64,000 nucleotides of DNA from Camelus ferus (GCF_009834535.1 NC_045696.1:68450001-68514000); one strand, 5' to 3'. Numbered from the stretch's first letter, positions 12,261 to 26,195 are shown. A program made the numbers and translations. Notes: a model not told the origin generated them from the letters alone.

Positions 12261-12899
12261 TTAGAACCTGAAATTCCCACTTAAATGTATGAGGGTTCAT
12301 AAAATAAGAAGTGGGTACAGGCTTAAAGGTTCAGCATGAAGCCTTCTGGGGGCAGGGATGGGGCTGGGGTTCAGTAGGGGTACACAAATAAATATGTAAC
12401 TGCTGTGCTCTGATCGTCAGTTAACTGGAATCTGTGGGTCCCAGTGTTGCCTAAACATTTTTCCTGGGAAGGAGGACCTGTAGAAATCACAAGATGATGG
12501 CGCTCTGCGTGTGTGTGTGTGTGTGTTGGTTTAGGGCTTGGAGAATATATTCCTGTGCTCTGCAGAAATGTGTAAACGGTGGCATCACTCCTTACTCGTG
12601 ATGTAGTGTCACGTGTGATGTCATCCTGGAAGAAAACACCTTGTAGCAAATTCTGTAGCTGTCCTGGATCCTGGGGATGGTGAGGGAAGGGGCAGATAAG
12701 GCAGATCTGTGGAAGTGGACCATCTAGGTGACAGTGGGGCTGTGTGTCTCCATCACGGGGAGGCAATGACCAAGGGGAAGCGTAAACAGTAGAGACAGTA
12801 CCTGGATCCCTGCAGCTTTCCTTTTGCCCGGCCCACGAGGCTGCCCCACTAGGGGAATGCACTTGCTGTGCCCATTCCCTCAGGCATAACTGTGACTGG

Positions 12900-13600
12900 C
12901 CCCCACTCCATGGTCAAACCGTCTCTATCTCACTTGGCTGCCACCTTCTGCAACCCCTCCTTGAAGAGATCATAGCAGCACTTGCTCCTTGGTCTTCCAT
13001 TTCCGTTTCCTCTCTGCTGCAACATTCTGTCTCTCAGCATCCCTTACATGCTGGTGTTCCCCTGGACTCTCTCACTCTGCTGCTTTTCCCTCAGTTATAC
13101 ACCCCAACTCATGACTTAGGTTTCCACTGCATATGAACTCCTGGTCCTTATGGCTCCAAGCGTTTCCACTGAACTTCAGACCAATTGACCTGTCCCCTGG
13201 GAGCTTTCTCAGCATCACCAAAACTGATCTCATCATTTTGCCACCCAAACTTGCTCCTCCTCCTTCCGAAATCTGGGAGTTATCTCCTGACCTCTCTCAC
13301 CGCCCTGCCTCACCCCGCCCGAATCCGTCACCATATCCTGTTGATCACTCTTCCCAAGTCCCTCTAGGATTGGACTCCTTTCTTTCCCACTTCCTGCTGC
13401 CTGAACTCATCATTTGTGTCTCTTGCCTCTGCAGCCTCCTTAGTAATCGTCAAGCCTCTAACCTCCTCTCTTACAGCCCACCTTCCACTCTACCACTTTC
13501 CTGGGGTGATTTTCCAGTAATCAGATGTGATCAGCTCACTCCCCGGCTTACACTCTTCCAGACCTCTCTCCTGCTAATGGATAAAACTTAGTCTCAGTGG
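12900..13600. mobile_element. L2 fragment
   Basis: Pyrimidine-rich degenerate L2-like sequence (CAAAACTGATCTCATCATT...). Confidence 0.55.
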
Positions 13601-16119
13601 CCAGGTGCCCCTCATTTCCAGATAAGGATAACACGTACCATTTACTGAGAAGGACTCAATAAGCATGTGCGATTATAATCACTTACTATGTGTGAGATGC
13701 TGTGCTCAGCGCTTTGTGTGCATTGAATTTGAAAACCATCCTGTGAGGCATGTGCTCTTATTATCTCTATTTTCTAATCGAGGCTTAGAGAGGGGAAGAA
13801 ACTCCTTCATGGTAATCCAGTTAATATGTCAAGGTCCTGCAGCTGAAAGTTAGGGTCTCTCCAATCCCAGAACATAAATTCCCAATCAATTCTGCTATCC
13901 TGCCTCTCTGATCAAGCGGATACCCCTCCAGGTCAGATGTGTGTGCTCCCCGGAGCCCCATTCCCATCTGGCTTTCAAGAGCATTTCCTTCAGTGTCAGT
14001 TTGAGTGTGAGCTCCACGTGAAGCCTTCCTTCCCAGCCCTGGGGGTGCTTGGGTCTTGGCACTGGAGGCTGCCTCCGCCGCTGCCCTTCTCAGACTGTGT
14101 CATCACTGCTTGTGTGCTTGTGGTCTGCCTGCCACTGTCACTTGCTTTTCATCTTTCCCTCCCCAGTAACTAACACAAAGTCATGGCTTAATCAGAGTGG
14201 TTGACTGACTAAATTCTCTTGTTGGATGCAATATTCTCTACCCTACCCTCGCTCCTGTCCTGCATATTTCATGTATTGTGCTACCCCAAGCTGGAAGTGA
14301 AGGGGATGCTAACTTTGTACCACCTCTTGTGTCTAATTTCCCTTTGATAACAACCCATGAGAGAGGCACTATGATTATCCACACCTATGGGGGAAGACTG
14401 AGGCTTAGTGAGATGTCCAGTTTTGCAAGGTCTGTGAGCTGGTTATTTTAAATTTGGTATGGGAGCCAAGGCTGCCCAGGAATAAAGAATTAAATAGGCC
14501 TGTTTGGGCTCAATACATTGTGTATGTTGAGACTCAGCTCAGATCCTGTACAAGGACCACGGCTCTTTACCAGAGGGCAGAGGCACCTGCTAACATCCAG
14601 AAGACAGCTGGACATCAGACCAGTACCTGAAGACAAGGAGGGAAGTTGGACTTCTAGAAACCTGGAAACAGAAATGTCCGAAAGATGTGCAAAAATAGTC
14701 AGCCAGGATGGCTGACAAGAGCTTTAGGAGAGAACTTTTGCAGAGAGTTGGTGTGAGGTTAACCTTATGAGCATGTACCTTTGTCTCTGCAGTGTGAAAG
14801 GAATATTTATTCTCCACCTCTCATGAGACTTATGTGTTCCAGGCAATCTTTCAGGTAAACCAAGATGGGGTTTAAACCAAGATGCTGTTTAAAGCCCTTT
14901 TACAAGGAGCCAGACATGTGATCACACTACTGCTGGACAATAAGGTAATTGCTGTAATGGGAAAAATACCACCATGGTCTATCTTGTTTCAGGATATTTA
15001 GATATATGGGTCTGCCCCTTTGTGTTATGGGCTCTAGAAGGACAGGGTGTGTTTTTTGGCATCAATCCTCTGCAATGGCCAAGAGTAAATCTGTAAAGAA
15101 ATGCCCAGCTTCTTTTTCAGGAGAAAATGGGGATCAGGATCTGGAAGACAGCTTTCAACAGGCATGGAATCCAGGGCTGGACGGGACTAGCAAGTTAGCT
15201 TGTGCATTTATTGTAGTTGCAAGAATCTGTTCTCACTAGAGCTCATCTCACCTCTCCTTCGATCTAAGAACACGTTTCCCGGATGTACTAGTCCTCCATT
15301 TAGAACCCAAAGCTGACATCTGTTTCCCTGTGACTCCTGCTGTCAAATGTTTCTGAGCCAACTGTGCATTTTTTCCCCAAGGCATGGCATTGGTTCATCA
15401 ATTTATTGGAAATTTTTTATGATTAGAAAATGTAGATTTAGGGTAAAAGGGAGACAACAGTGATTCCCCTTCAGCAAGATGGTGATACGAACAGGTTGAA
15501 AGCTGCATGGTTAGAAAATCTGCTTAAGGAATGGAGGCTTGACCTTATATCTTGATACCCCTTATTTGTGATATCTCTGATTCTCTTGCTAGAGAATACA
15601 TTCCCCATAATGCTGTTGAAAGGTGGAAACCCTGAAGCTCTTCATATTTATGCCATGAGCATTCAGATAAACTCCCACCCGCCACTAATTCACTGTGTGG
15701 TTTGGGGTAAAACATTTCACTTTTCTGGGCTTTTATCATCATACCCCACCCACCAATTCTACTGCTGTATTAAGCCTGGTTTCTAGTTTGAACAACTGAT
15801 GTACCTGGATATTGAGGAACTTCCTGGGGACAAGATTCCAATGTGTCCATAGTTAAGATTTAGCTGATCAAGGTATGTCTGTCAGAAGGAGGGTGGGGTG
15901 GGGCCTTACAACAGCAGCCAAATTGCAAGAAGAGATTCTAGAGCCTCCTGGTAGGATCTACGCTTTGGAAGAAAGCATCCAGCAGGATGAGCATGACTCC
16001 ATTTAAGGGGCTTGTGGTTTGGAGGCAAAAGAGTGGCCCCAGGTTGGAGGGTGACCATGACCTGAATCACCAGCTCTGTCTTGTCCCCTCCAGCTGAGGG
16101 AAAGAAGAGGCTTGGTTAA

Positions 16120-16965
16120 TGAATTAGTTTCTTACAGCAGCTGTAACAGATTACCACAAACTGGTGGCTTCAGAAAGCTGAAATTTATTCTCTTGCAGTT
16201 CTGGAGGCTAGAAGTCTGAAATCAAGTATCAGTCAGCTGTGATTCCCCCAGAGGCTCTAGGGTAAAAGTCTTTCCTGCCTCCTCCAGCATCTGGTGGCTC
16301 CAGGTATTTTCCAGCTGTGGTTGCATCACTCCAATCTCTGCCTGCATCATCACATGGCCTTTTCTGTGTCTCGTCATCTGTTTGGTTTTTTTTAAATTCA
16401 TATTTTTTAATTGACATGCAGTCAATTTACAGTGTTAGTTTCAGGTGTACAGCAAAGTGATTGAGTTATACATACATACATATTTTCAGATTCTTTTCCA
16501 ATAGGGCTTATTACAAGATATTGAATATAGTTCCCAGTGCTATATGGTAAGTACTTTTTGTTTATCTGTTTTATATATAATAATGTATATCTGTTAATCC
16601 CAAACTCCTAATCTATCCCTCCGCTGCCCCTCCTTTCCCCCTGGTGACCACAGTTTGTTTTCTATATCTGTGAGTCTATTTCTAGTTTGTAAATAAAATT
16701 TGCATTTTTTTTTAGATTTCACATATAAGTGACATCATATGATATTTGTCTTTCTCTGTCTCTTCATTTGTTTTTTATATGTACACTTTTCTTTGGATTT
16801 TGGGGCCCACCGAGATAATCCAGAATAACCTCATGTTGATATCTTTGACTGAATTATATCTGAAAAGACACTTTTTTTCAAATAAAGTTACATTCCAAGG
16901 TTCTAGGGTTTAGGATGTGGACATACATTTTGGGTGGGGGGGCCACCATTCAACCCACCGCAGTT
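16120..16965. mobile_element. MLT1 (ERVL-MaLR) solo LTR, interrupted by an L1
   Basis: GCTGTAACAGATTACCACAAACTGGTGGCTT...CAGTTCTGGAGGCTAGAAGTCTGAAATCAAG, and end GCCACCATTCAACCCACCGCA. Confidence 0.85.
16384..16760 (-). mobile_element. L1 3' fragment inserted in the MLT1
   Basis: Poly-T then antisense L1 3' UTR. Flanking imperfect direct repeats TGTCTCGTCATCTGTTT and TGTCTCTTCATTTGTTT. Confidence 0.85.
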
Positions 16966-18205
16966 AGTAAACACAGCTGCTTTAACAGGCAGGGACCTAA
17001 ATCCCTTAACAGTGTAGACCCCTAGCTATTAAAGTAGCTGTGAGACCCTCTAAAAGGATGGAAGGTGGGGAGGAGAGGAGAGGGGAGCACCAGCACCCCA
17101 GGTGGCAGGGCCTGTTGCCTGGCGCCCCAGTAAGGAGTGCCGCAGTGCGGAGAGCAGCAGCCTGGGAATTCCAAGGCAGAGGGCAGGGCACGTGGGCCGC
17201 GGTCCAAGGTAGTGCATTTCCAGCTGAGGCTTATGACTCAGCCGTGGGCCACAGTTAATTCAGTGGGCCATGACCAGCATTAAACAGAAAAAGAAACAAA
17301 AAAAGAACAGAAAATGCCAGAGTGGATTGCAAGTGATAAAGGTAAATAGTGTTTTGAGAAACATGGGGCGGGTATGTGCATGCACTGGATTATGATATAA
17401 AATGTCTTTATTATGTAACTGCAGCCCAAAATTGGAAAGCCACTAGAGTAAGAGATGCGAGCTTGGTACTTTAGAGCTTCATGGAAAGAGTGGTGGTCCA
17501 GGGAAGTGTCCTTGGTTCCGACCTGGGGGCCAGGGAGCCCTGGCCAGACCCAGTAGCAACGGTGTGAATAGCAAGAGGGAGCTCTCTACGCAAGTGAGGC
17601 CTCCTTGGAGGGACCTTGCAAAGGGAGTGAGAGTCCACTGGTCTGTGAGTGCAAAAAGGTGATCAGGCCAGTGACTGTGAGACCAGCTGTAAATGTGACA
17701 TCAACTGTGAGTACAGGTTTGTGAGGTTAAATGTGGGAGGACTGTTTCTATTACAACTGCGGTTTTTAAACTTTGCGTCCTCCTTCAAGCTCTTTGTTTC
17801 TATGGAATTTTGTGGTGGAATACTGTTCAGTGAAACAGAATCCCTGCAGCAGGTCCCCTCCCCCTGCCTTGGCGGTCCCGTGGGGTGTGTGTAGGGAGCC
17901 CTAGACCTAATTTGGGAAGCTTGTAATGACTACTGAGGGTTATAAAGGGTTTGAAGTCCCTTCTAGCACTAATTGTTTGATTCTATGGATCTGACAAAAA
18001 TCTGTGTAATTTACCAGATTGCAACTTCTTTTTGAAATCAAGGATTGAGGTTTGGTTATCTCTGTTTCCCTGGTAGTGTCTGGCAAAATGTTCCAATAAT
18101 CAAATGTTTGACTGAAGAGATTCTTGTTTGAGTACTTCTTTGCAACTCCAGCACCAAGCACAGTGCTCTCCGCCTAGTGGGTGCTTTAAAAACGTTGGTG
18201 GAGGA

Positions 18206-18417
18206 CAAGTTTTCAGTTATCCATAAGCATACATATATTCATTATCGCATTCTTTTTTGCTGTGAGCTACCACCAGAACTTGTATATATTTCCCTGTGCT
18301 ATACAGTATAATCTTGTTTATCTATTCTACATATGCCTGTCGGTATCTACAAATCTCGAACTCCCAATAACTCAATTAAAAAAATAGCAACAAAAAACAA
18401 AAAAACAAACAAAACCT
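18206..18417. mobile_element. Short 5'-inverted L1 3'-end insertion
   Basis: 18206-18366 is the reverse complement of the L1 3' UTR seen at about 40352-40512, followed by a sense A-rich tail. Confidence 0.8.
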
Positions 18418-18479
18418 AACACTGGTCGAGGAAATGAAGGAATGAATAAAATCCTGCCCTAAAATTGTCTTCTACCAGT

Positions 18480-18496
18480 TGGCCAGCAGAGGGCAG
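18480..18496 (+). promoter_or_regulatory. Candidate CTCF site between RTP2 and SST
   Basis: TGGCCAGCAGAGGGCAG, a close match to the CTCF core. Confidence 0.6.
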
Positions 18497-21400
18497 GAAA
18501 GCTCAGTTTTAAGAACATCTTCCTCTAGAGAGCTGAAGCAGCCGGGTTCAGTCATGGCCTTGAGGAGCAGGTCCATTGCGTCATAGCATTCGGAAATGCA
18601 CAGCGAGAAAAAGATGGAGACACAAAGCGTGAAAGCTCAACACACGAATCCCCAAAGCTTTCTCTATAGGATATCAGGGAATGGGGTTTTGCTTCAGGCT
18701 GATGGTGAGACAGAGGACAGAAGCTGCCAATCTTACGTGATTTCAGCCACTTGGGTGGAAGGGAGTCAAGGAATTTCCAGTGCACTTGTAGCACAGAAAG
18801 AACATCCAACAAGAGAACCAGAGGATCTGTCTCTGACACTCGTGTGGTTTTTCAGAGACCCTTTCCTTCTCTTGGCTTCAGTTTTCCTGTATGGAAACAC
18901 AGGTGTGTGGCACTCGGTGCTTTTGAGGGTCCTAGTCTGTGGACAGGATCCACTTCTGGCCCCTGTCCTGCCTCTGCCCTTAGCTCTTGGGGTTGTGCCC
19001 AGGAAGTCAGTAAAGCAGGTGCTCTGGTCCCGACAAGGGTAGTCCCAAGTCAAAGGTGGGGAAAGAAGACAAAGGGACACAGAGCAGAGTGAGATGAGAG
19101 AGGAGCCATGGTGGGCAGTGGTGTGTGACCTCATCATTTTCTAGAAGGGTTGAGCCCTTAATTCTACTTGCAGACTAGAGATGAGCTCTCAAAAACTACA
19201 GTCAGAATCTTCTAAGCTGAATCCCAGGCATCTACGCTTTTAAAACGTTTCCCAGACAAACTTGGTGTGAAGGCAGGGCTAAGATCCACCAGTCTGCATG
19301 AGTGCTCATTGTCCGAGTGTGGGAAATTGGAGCTACCATAGGGATACTTTCACTCCATGGAGCATATCTGTGTTTAGATAGCCCTTATCAGGCTGTTTCA
19401 GAGCAGAGTTCTCGGGATCCCCCCGAAGAAGAACTTCGCCATCTATCCTGTACTTTTTCAGGGACAGGACTGTTGGTTTCCGGCCTCCTTTCTCAGATCC
19501 AGCTGGTCAAGACAGCTCCTCCCCTGCCGACTGCACTGGGAAGGCTCATGGAAGATCTGAGATTTAACGCCTTGTTTTCAGGAGGAAAATAGGTAAAGAG
19601 AACTGAGAGGTGTTCTCTAGGTGGCCCAGTGGGCAGAGCCAGTTCAGTTTCATTTCACTGGGGAGCCCTGAGCAGAAGTCATAGAATGACAGCGGAGTGG
19701 CAGACAGGGCTCTGACATCAGCCAGCTATGCACTGACTGTCTAACCTGAGGCCTCCATTTCCTTGTTTGCTTGATATTAACACACTTAATCAAATGTGAA
19801 ACCCTGCACAGAGGTAAGTTAGCGGTACTGTTCACTCCTGCTGTGGACCAGGGACACATGTCTTCTTCAGTGGTCGATGGATGTGTCCTCCCAAGGCCTT
19901 TCAGTGAAGTCCCTGATGTTTTCAGTGACTATATTAGCATGTTCATGTGACAACTTCAGTTAGTTCTTAGCAGGTAGGAGCAATTACATTAACATGTTAT
20001 GGGTTTTTTTCTTGCTGAAGCTCAAGGGATGACCAAGGGATCAACAGGTGTGTGTTCCTGAAAGTATCAGCTCCCTAGGGTTGGGGGTCAAGTGATACTG
20101 TCCTCAGTTACCTGAGGTTCACGATGCTTGTTCTATGTACAGAATCCACAGGGACATCTCATGTAAGGAGACAAAGTTTGTCTCCAACTCAGACAACATT
20201 TTTTCAGCAACTACTCGGTGCTTCACATGTTTATGGTCTCTGAGGAAAATATAAATATGACCAAAACAAGGCTTCTGCCCTTAGAAATATGAAAGGAATC
20301 TGTGAAGGTCTCTAGTAGACACACAAAAGACATACTTTGGAGGCCATATTGGTTCTAAATGAGGAGCTCTTGGCTTAAAATAAACTGTATGATGTTAATG
20401 GTCTGAGATGGGTCCAAGGCATTCCAGGTGGAGGGAAGAGCATGCACATAAAAATGGATGTAAGAAACTGCAGGGTGTGTACAGCGAAGGACAGGGGGCT
20501 AGGGGGATGGGATGAAGAGTGACACAGAGGGAGACTGACCTCAGACCAGGGTCTGCGGAAACAAGATTGTCAGGCTGATGTATTTGTATTTGAACTGGTT
20601 GGCACTGGGGAGTCATTGAAAGCTTCTGAGCTGGAGAGTGACAGGATGGAGACCAGATAGGAGCCTACTGCAAGGAGACGAGGCCTGATGTGTCACCACT
20701 CACCCACCCATGGGCTTCATTCAGTGACCCCTTCACTCTTCATTATTTAATATGATGACTTTAGGCCAGGCTTTGTGGAAGTTGGTGAAAGCTAATTTGG
20801 CAGGAAAGTCTGGCTTGTCTACCCCCAGCAGCTTTAGGGGCATGAGCTGGGACTCTTCCTGCTGAAGTCCAGCTCAACAGAAGCTCTCAGAGAATTACAA
20901 GTCCTCATTCGCATGCTTCATGGAGGTAGGCTTCTATAGAAAAAAAGGTCCTTATGGTATCCTCACCCGAGCACACTTGCCCTTGGGCAAGAGCAGTCTC
21001 CATGCTCACTCCAGCCTGCCCCCACCCCCAGCAACGCACGCCAGTAAGTCTGCCCTCTACTGGATGGGTCACTTACTCCAAATTGATCTCCTCCCAGTTT
21101 TACTTAAATCAAAACCTGCCTTTAGGCAGCTTTAGGCTAGAAGACAATTCTACATAGAAATTCACACTAAAGTGTTAATAACTATCAAGTTTAAGTGCAC
21201 TATGTCTTTTGCACTAAGGAAATGTACTAAGGAAAAGTATATAGAAGTCTAATTTTTTAATAGTTTAATATACTAATTCTAATGAATGAATTTCAGCACC
21301 TATCTGCTGCATTTCTGTGAAAGGGATCTCCTTGGACCTTCAGGTCACACCTACAGTGCCCTCAAGAGGAAGGCCTGTCTGCCTCGTGGGGTCAGAGTAT

Positions 21401-22199
21401 CAGCGGGGACACTCCAGCTTCCAGAGGCTGGTTCACTGAGTGTCACCCCTTGGTGTAGGCTGACAGCCTCCCTCTCAGCAGCAATGACAAAAACAGGACT
21501 TTACCTTTTTTATCACACTATATGGATAACCAAACACTTTCAATTACACTGTCTGATCTGATTCTTAAATCATATTTTAGCAAAAGCAAGGATTATCAGG
21601 CTTATTTTAAGCAAGAGAACACTGAGCACTTAAGTCGAGGACTTCAGACATCTGGTCCAGGGCTTTTCCCATTATTCCATGTTGCTTCTCTTCACTTCCT
21701 CTAATTCTTTCTGCTGTCTGGGAAATAAAAATGGTTTTTATTTACAAAATGTCCAGGAAAAATCTTTGTCAGAAATCCACTTCTTGCACCCAGGAATTCT
21801 TGGAACTTGAAATCATTGCAGGGAATGTCTAGATCACTTGTTTGAAATTGTTGGCAGTTTTTCCTCTTGTTTTCTTAACTTGAGATCTGCATAAACCATC
21901 AGCATGTCTTGTCAACGCTACTTCAAAATAAACTTCGAACCTTAGCCAGTCCTCACCTTCTTCATGGCTATCACTTGTGTTCCAAACACCACCTTCTCTT
22001 GTTTCAACTAGTCTGGAAAATAAAGTCTTCAATAATGTGCACAAACCACCTCCTCTTCCATAAAGATGGGCTCCAGGGGTTGGCTGCTCAGGTTGGAAGC
22101 ATAAAATGCCTTTATGCCAAGTCAACCAGCTGGACTATGGGTGTTTAAGGGAGATTATGTCTGTTTCATCCTGGCTTTTCTTTTCTTTTAAATGGCTCT

Positions 22200-22765
22200 T
22201 AAACTCCTAAGTTATTTTCCTGAATCTCCTTCTGCTCTCCTACAGTTTATTCTCCACTTAGCAGAAGGCATTGCTTTTAAAAAAGTCAACTCAGGTCAAT
22301 CCCTTGCTCAAAAATCCTCCAATGATTTTCTTCCCATGATCTTCAAGTCTCTCTGTGATATGGTCCCGGCCTGTCTTGCTGGCCTCATCTCCTAGCCTTC
22401 TCTGATTCACCCACTCTGTTCTAGTTCCCTTGCCTTGTTTCTGACGTTAGAATGTACCAAGCAGGCTTCCACTACAGGGCCTTTGAACAGTCCTTCCATC
22501 TGACAAGGAAATGCCTTTATTCAGATATTTGCATGGCTAGCTCCCTTACCTCATTCAGGTCTCTACTCAAGTTGTTCCTCCTCTGAAGGGTTTTCCCCTC
22601 ACCATCGTGCTTTATATGTTGCTTTAGTTCTTACCAACTTGAACATATATTAATTAATTAATTGATTGTTTATGATTTGTCTTTCTCACCAGGGCTTTGT
22701 TTATCTAGTTCACTACTATATTATCAACCTCTCAAGCAATGCAGATTCTCAGTACTTATTTATAG
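22200..22765. mobile_element. L2 3' fragment
   Basis: CAGGGCCTTTGAACA...CTCATTCAGGTCTCTACTCAAG L2-like motifs. Confidence 0.7.
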
Positions 22766-23888
22766 AAAGGATATGAGGGAATCAATTTCACAGATGGAGT
22801 AACTGAGGTCCAGGATGGGAAAGCAGGTCAGTAGCAGCAAGACACAAGAGCAAGTTTTCTTTCTAACAGGCCTGTGAAAATGCCCACTGCACCCAACTTC
22901 CTCCCTCCTGCTCCATAAAAGTCAGACTCTTCCAATATAAAGTTCTCATTTTGAGAAAGAAACAGCATTTTAACATCACAGTGTACTGTAGTTTGCCTCT
23001 TTATTTCCTCCAACTTGAACTTGTTGATTACCAGAGCGGGAAGGAACCACAAAATTACCTATCAAGCCTTTTATTTTGCAGATGAGGAGACTAAGGCCCA
23101 GAAAGGAAGCCTCCAACTGGACTGTGGCAGAACCAGAACTAGAACCAAGGTCTCTGGACTCCAAGTACAGTTACTTTCTGCTTCCCTGCCTTGCTTAATG
23201 TTAAACATATGTTTGCTTATAGATTTTATTGTTTCTTATTCAGATGAGTGTCTTCCCCTCATACTGGCAGGTAGTCACCCTCCCCAAATGCACATTTCAC
23301 AGGGATGTGGGAAATCACATCCTGGCCTGATTGCTGCCTGTGAAGGAAGCCAGCATGCCTCCTAGAGGCACTCGTATCCCAGCTGCAGACAGCTCATCCA
23401 GGTGTTTCTGGCATTTTTGAGTCAGGGGAGGGTGAATGTTTCTAAGGACAATCAACAGCCTCCCACGACCTCGCCACTTTCTGCCTGTGTGCCCTTGTGT
23501 AAGACACCGTGCTCCCACATCTCAGTTTCCACCTCTGTGAGATGGGGCTAGCCTGTCCTGATGTATAGGATGAGAAAGTGCTTTGTGAACCCCAGAGGGC
23601 TGCATAAGGATAGGGGAAGTCATTCCTGGTGACCAAGGTCTAGGAAATAGGGTCCCCTGTTTAACCATGCACAGCTTCCCCCTCCCAGCGTTTGGGACTT
23701 GGGAGCAATGCCCTGGGGACTGGCTGTGGAGAGCTCAGTTTGGGGAAGTTTGAAATGTCTTTGTGCTAAATCAATCTTTACGCAAAACTTGCCCACAGGG
23801 GTGTTTAAGGAAGAATTTGTGTCCCCTTTTGTCGTGATTCTGCTTCTTTCTTAAGTGGTTCCTAGACTTCTAACAATGTGAGAATTAT

Positions 23889-23921
<33 letters not shown>

Positions 23922-24029
23922 GCCCAGAAGTGATCTCATCCACAGCCTCAGTAATTCGGCAAAGGTAGGAGGGAAGCAACCCAGATTTTACTATCCTCAA
24001 GTAGGTACTTAACTAAAGATCATGAGTAT

Positions 24030-24390
24030 TTTTTATGAGAAGCAGCTGAGAAGGATGGAGGAAGGAGAGGGAGGGAGTGGAGGCAGAGACTGGGAGGGTT
24101 ATCGACAGAACAGAGCAGGAAGGGAGGGAGTCGTGCAGAGAAGGCAGGGAAAAAGACAGGTTGAACCAGGCCAAAGTCAGAAAGTGGCTGGGGAAAGGGA
24201 AGTACAGCAAAGAGGTTGAGGACGAGGAGTGAAGAGAGAAGATTGAATAAGGAAGATTCTGAGGGAGAAATTCAGAGATGGTTAGGAAAGGGAGAAAGAG
24301 GAAAGAGGGGAATGAGGATGTGGACGGGAAGGAGCAGGAGTCTGGGGAGGGAGGCAGAAGAGATCTCAGAGCACAGAGCGAAATGAAAGG
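24030..24390 (+). repeat. Purine (GA)-rich low-complexity tract
   Basis: About 350 bp strongly dominated by A and G on the + strand. Confidence 0.75.
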
Positions 24391-26130
24391 GCTGCTATTT
24401 GTCCTTTGGCTGGCTCCTGTTTTAGGAAAACCCTCCTTTTCTACTCAATCGGGCTGCCAATGGCAAGTCCTGCGTGTAGAAGATGTGTGACCATTTGGGC
24501 GTGCCTGGAGACTGTTGGGTTGCTGTAACTAGACTCCAAATCCCCAGCTACAGGCCTAGGAGAGTTCTGGGATTACAGAGAAAATAACACGTATTTCCTA
24601 GGGTTGTGTTCCACAATGCCAGATCCATTGCTGTCCGAGATTATTCCAACACACAAGTGATTTTTAATGCCCTCCTTGTGCTTAGCTTTGTCTGGACTCA
24701 CCAAGCCCTGGAAGCTATAGATCTTCCTGCTGTGCATTTTCTTATTGCTTTGGCTTACAGACTCAAAAGGGAATGGTGACAATTATTCAAGCCATTCAGG
24801 ACACCTCCAACCCCTCCTGATTTTTCAACACTGTGGTCTTGGTCTAAGTAATGAGAATACATATGTGATGCCTGGCTGGTGACAGGCTTGGTCAAGTTCT
24901 TTGCTTCACCTGGTTTCTGAAGATACAGTAATTTTTTTCAGCCTTTACTAGCTTAAAGTTTATAAAATGTCATCCCTTGAAGAGCCTGCAGGGATCAGTT
25001 AGTCCATGCCAGGACATTAGCTGGCCATTCCTTGATAAGGAATTATTTGGGGTGAGGGGAAGAAAACAAAAAGCTGCTAGAACTATGATCTAGACAGCAA
25101 ACATCTAACCAGACCACAACTAGAACTCTAGAATACCATTTCTCAAACTTCCTTTCTATGCGTGTGGGGAGTACGGGAGTAGTGGATCTAAGAGTCTGTT
25201 GGTGCTTTCCCCACACAGAGACATACAATAATGGTCACATATGTTCAGAGGGTTCCTGGGCTTTTGTACATCCAGACTGGCAGTCCCTGACCTAAAACTG
25301 CACCTACTGGCCAGGAATCTGTTAGAAAACTCAGAGTTAAGTGAAAAGGACCCTGGCCTTGGAATGTGGAGATCTGGTCCAGCTGTGTACTATGTGAGCC
25401 AGAGAATTTCACTACCCATTTCCAGGCTCAGTGGCTCAAACTCTGAGGCTCAGTAGATGGTTTCTGAGATTTCTTTCTAGCTCCAAGTTTCTAGGACGAA
25501 AATGAAGTCAATCTCACTTTTTTTTCCATTTAACTTTTTTTTTTTTTTTTTTTTGGTCACTGTAGAAGGGCAGGTAGACTAGAAGGATCTCAGGGGCTAA
25601 GAGGGATAGAGGATGAGCCTAAGGTACTTTCCTCCGCTGTAAGGAAAAGAGAAGTTCTTCTGGAGTCCCATTACATCTTAATCTACAAGACTCTTTACAG
25701 AGATAATGGAGAAAGGGATGATTCAGTCCTAAAATCCACATTCCACTCTCAAATCCGTTCTTAGAGGAATGCTTCTGAATCTCAGCTTGTCACATACATA
25801 TACGTTTGCATTTGGTTCTCCTAAAATGTTTGCGTACGGTGATGGATAGTGTTGTCTGGACACATTTATGCGTATGCAGCTGAGTATGATGGTGCATTTG
25901 CTTCTCCGGGGGCTGAGTGAGTGTGTGTGTAATTGAGTGTGTACATATGCAAGTGTGTGAGTGAAATTTGGAACGTGTATGTGCGTAGCACTGAGTGAAC
26001 ATTAAAAGATTGTGTAGATGGTGTGGCATGTGTGGAATCATGGGGACCTGTCTGTGTGCGCGCAGGGTTTTGTTTTTTTGTTTTTTCTTTAATAAGCCAC
26101 TTTTGATTGTGTAGCCTCCTCTCACTTCTG

Positions 26131-26154
26131 TGATTGATTTCACGAGGGTAATGG
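26131..26154 (+). promoter_or_regulatory. SST upstream enhancer: UE-A (PBX/PREP) plus TAAT element (PDX1-type)
   Basis: TGATTGATT at 26131-26139 followed by GGGTAATGG at 26146-26154, the bipartite layout known for the somatostatin promoter. Confidence 0.8.
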
Positions 26155-26195
26155 TGCGTAAAAGCGCTGGTGAGATCTGGGGGCGCCTCCTAGTC

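Noticed and set aside
11660..12395. RTP2 poly(A) signal
   Set aside because: Several candidates (ATTAAA near 11667, AATAAA at 12132 inside the MER3, AATAAA at 12387). I cannot choose among them without 3'-end data.
14856..14893. 17-bp tandem repeat TAAACCAAGATGNNGTT
   Set aside because: Only about two copies, a simple slippage duplication and not an array.
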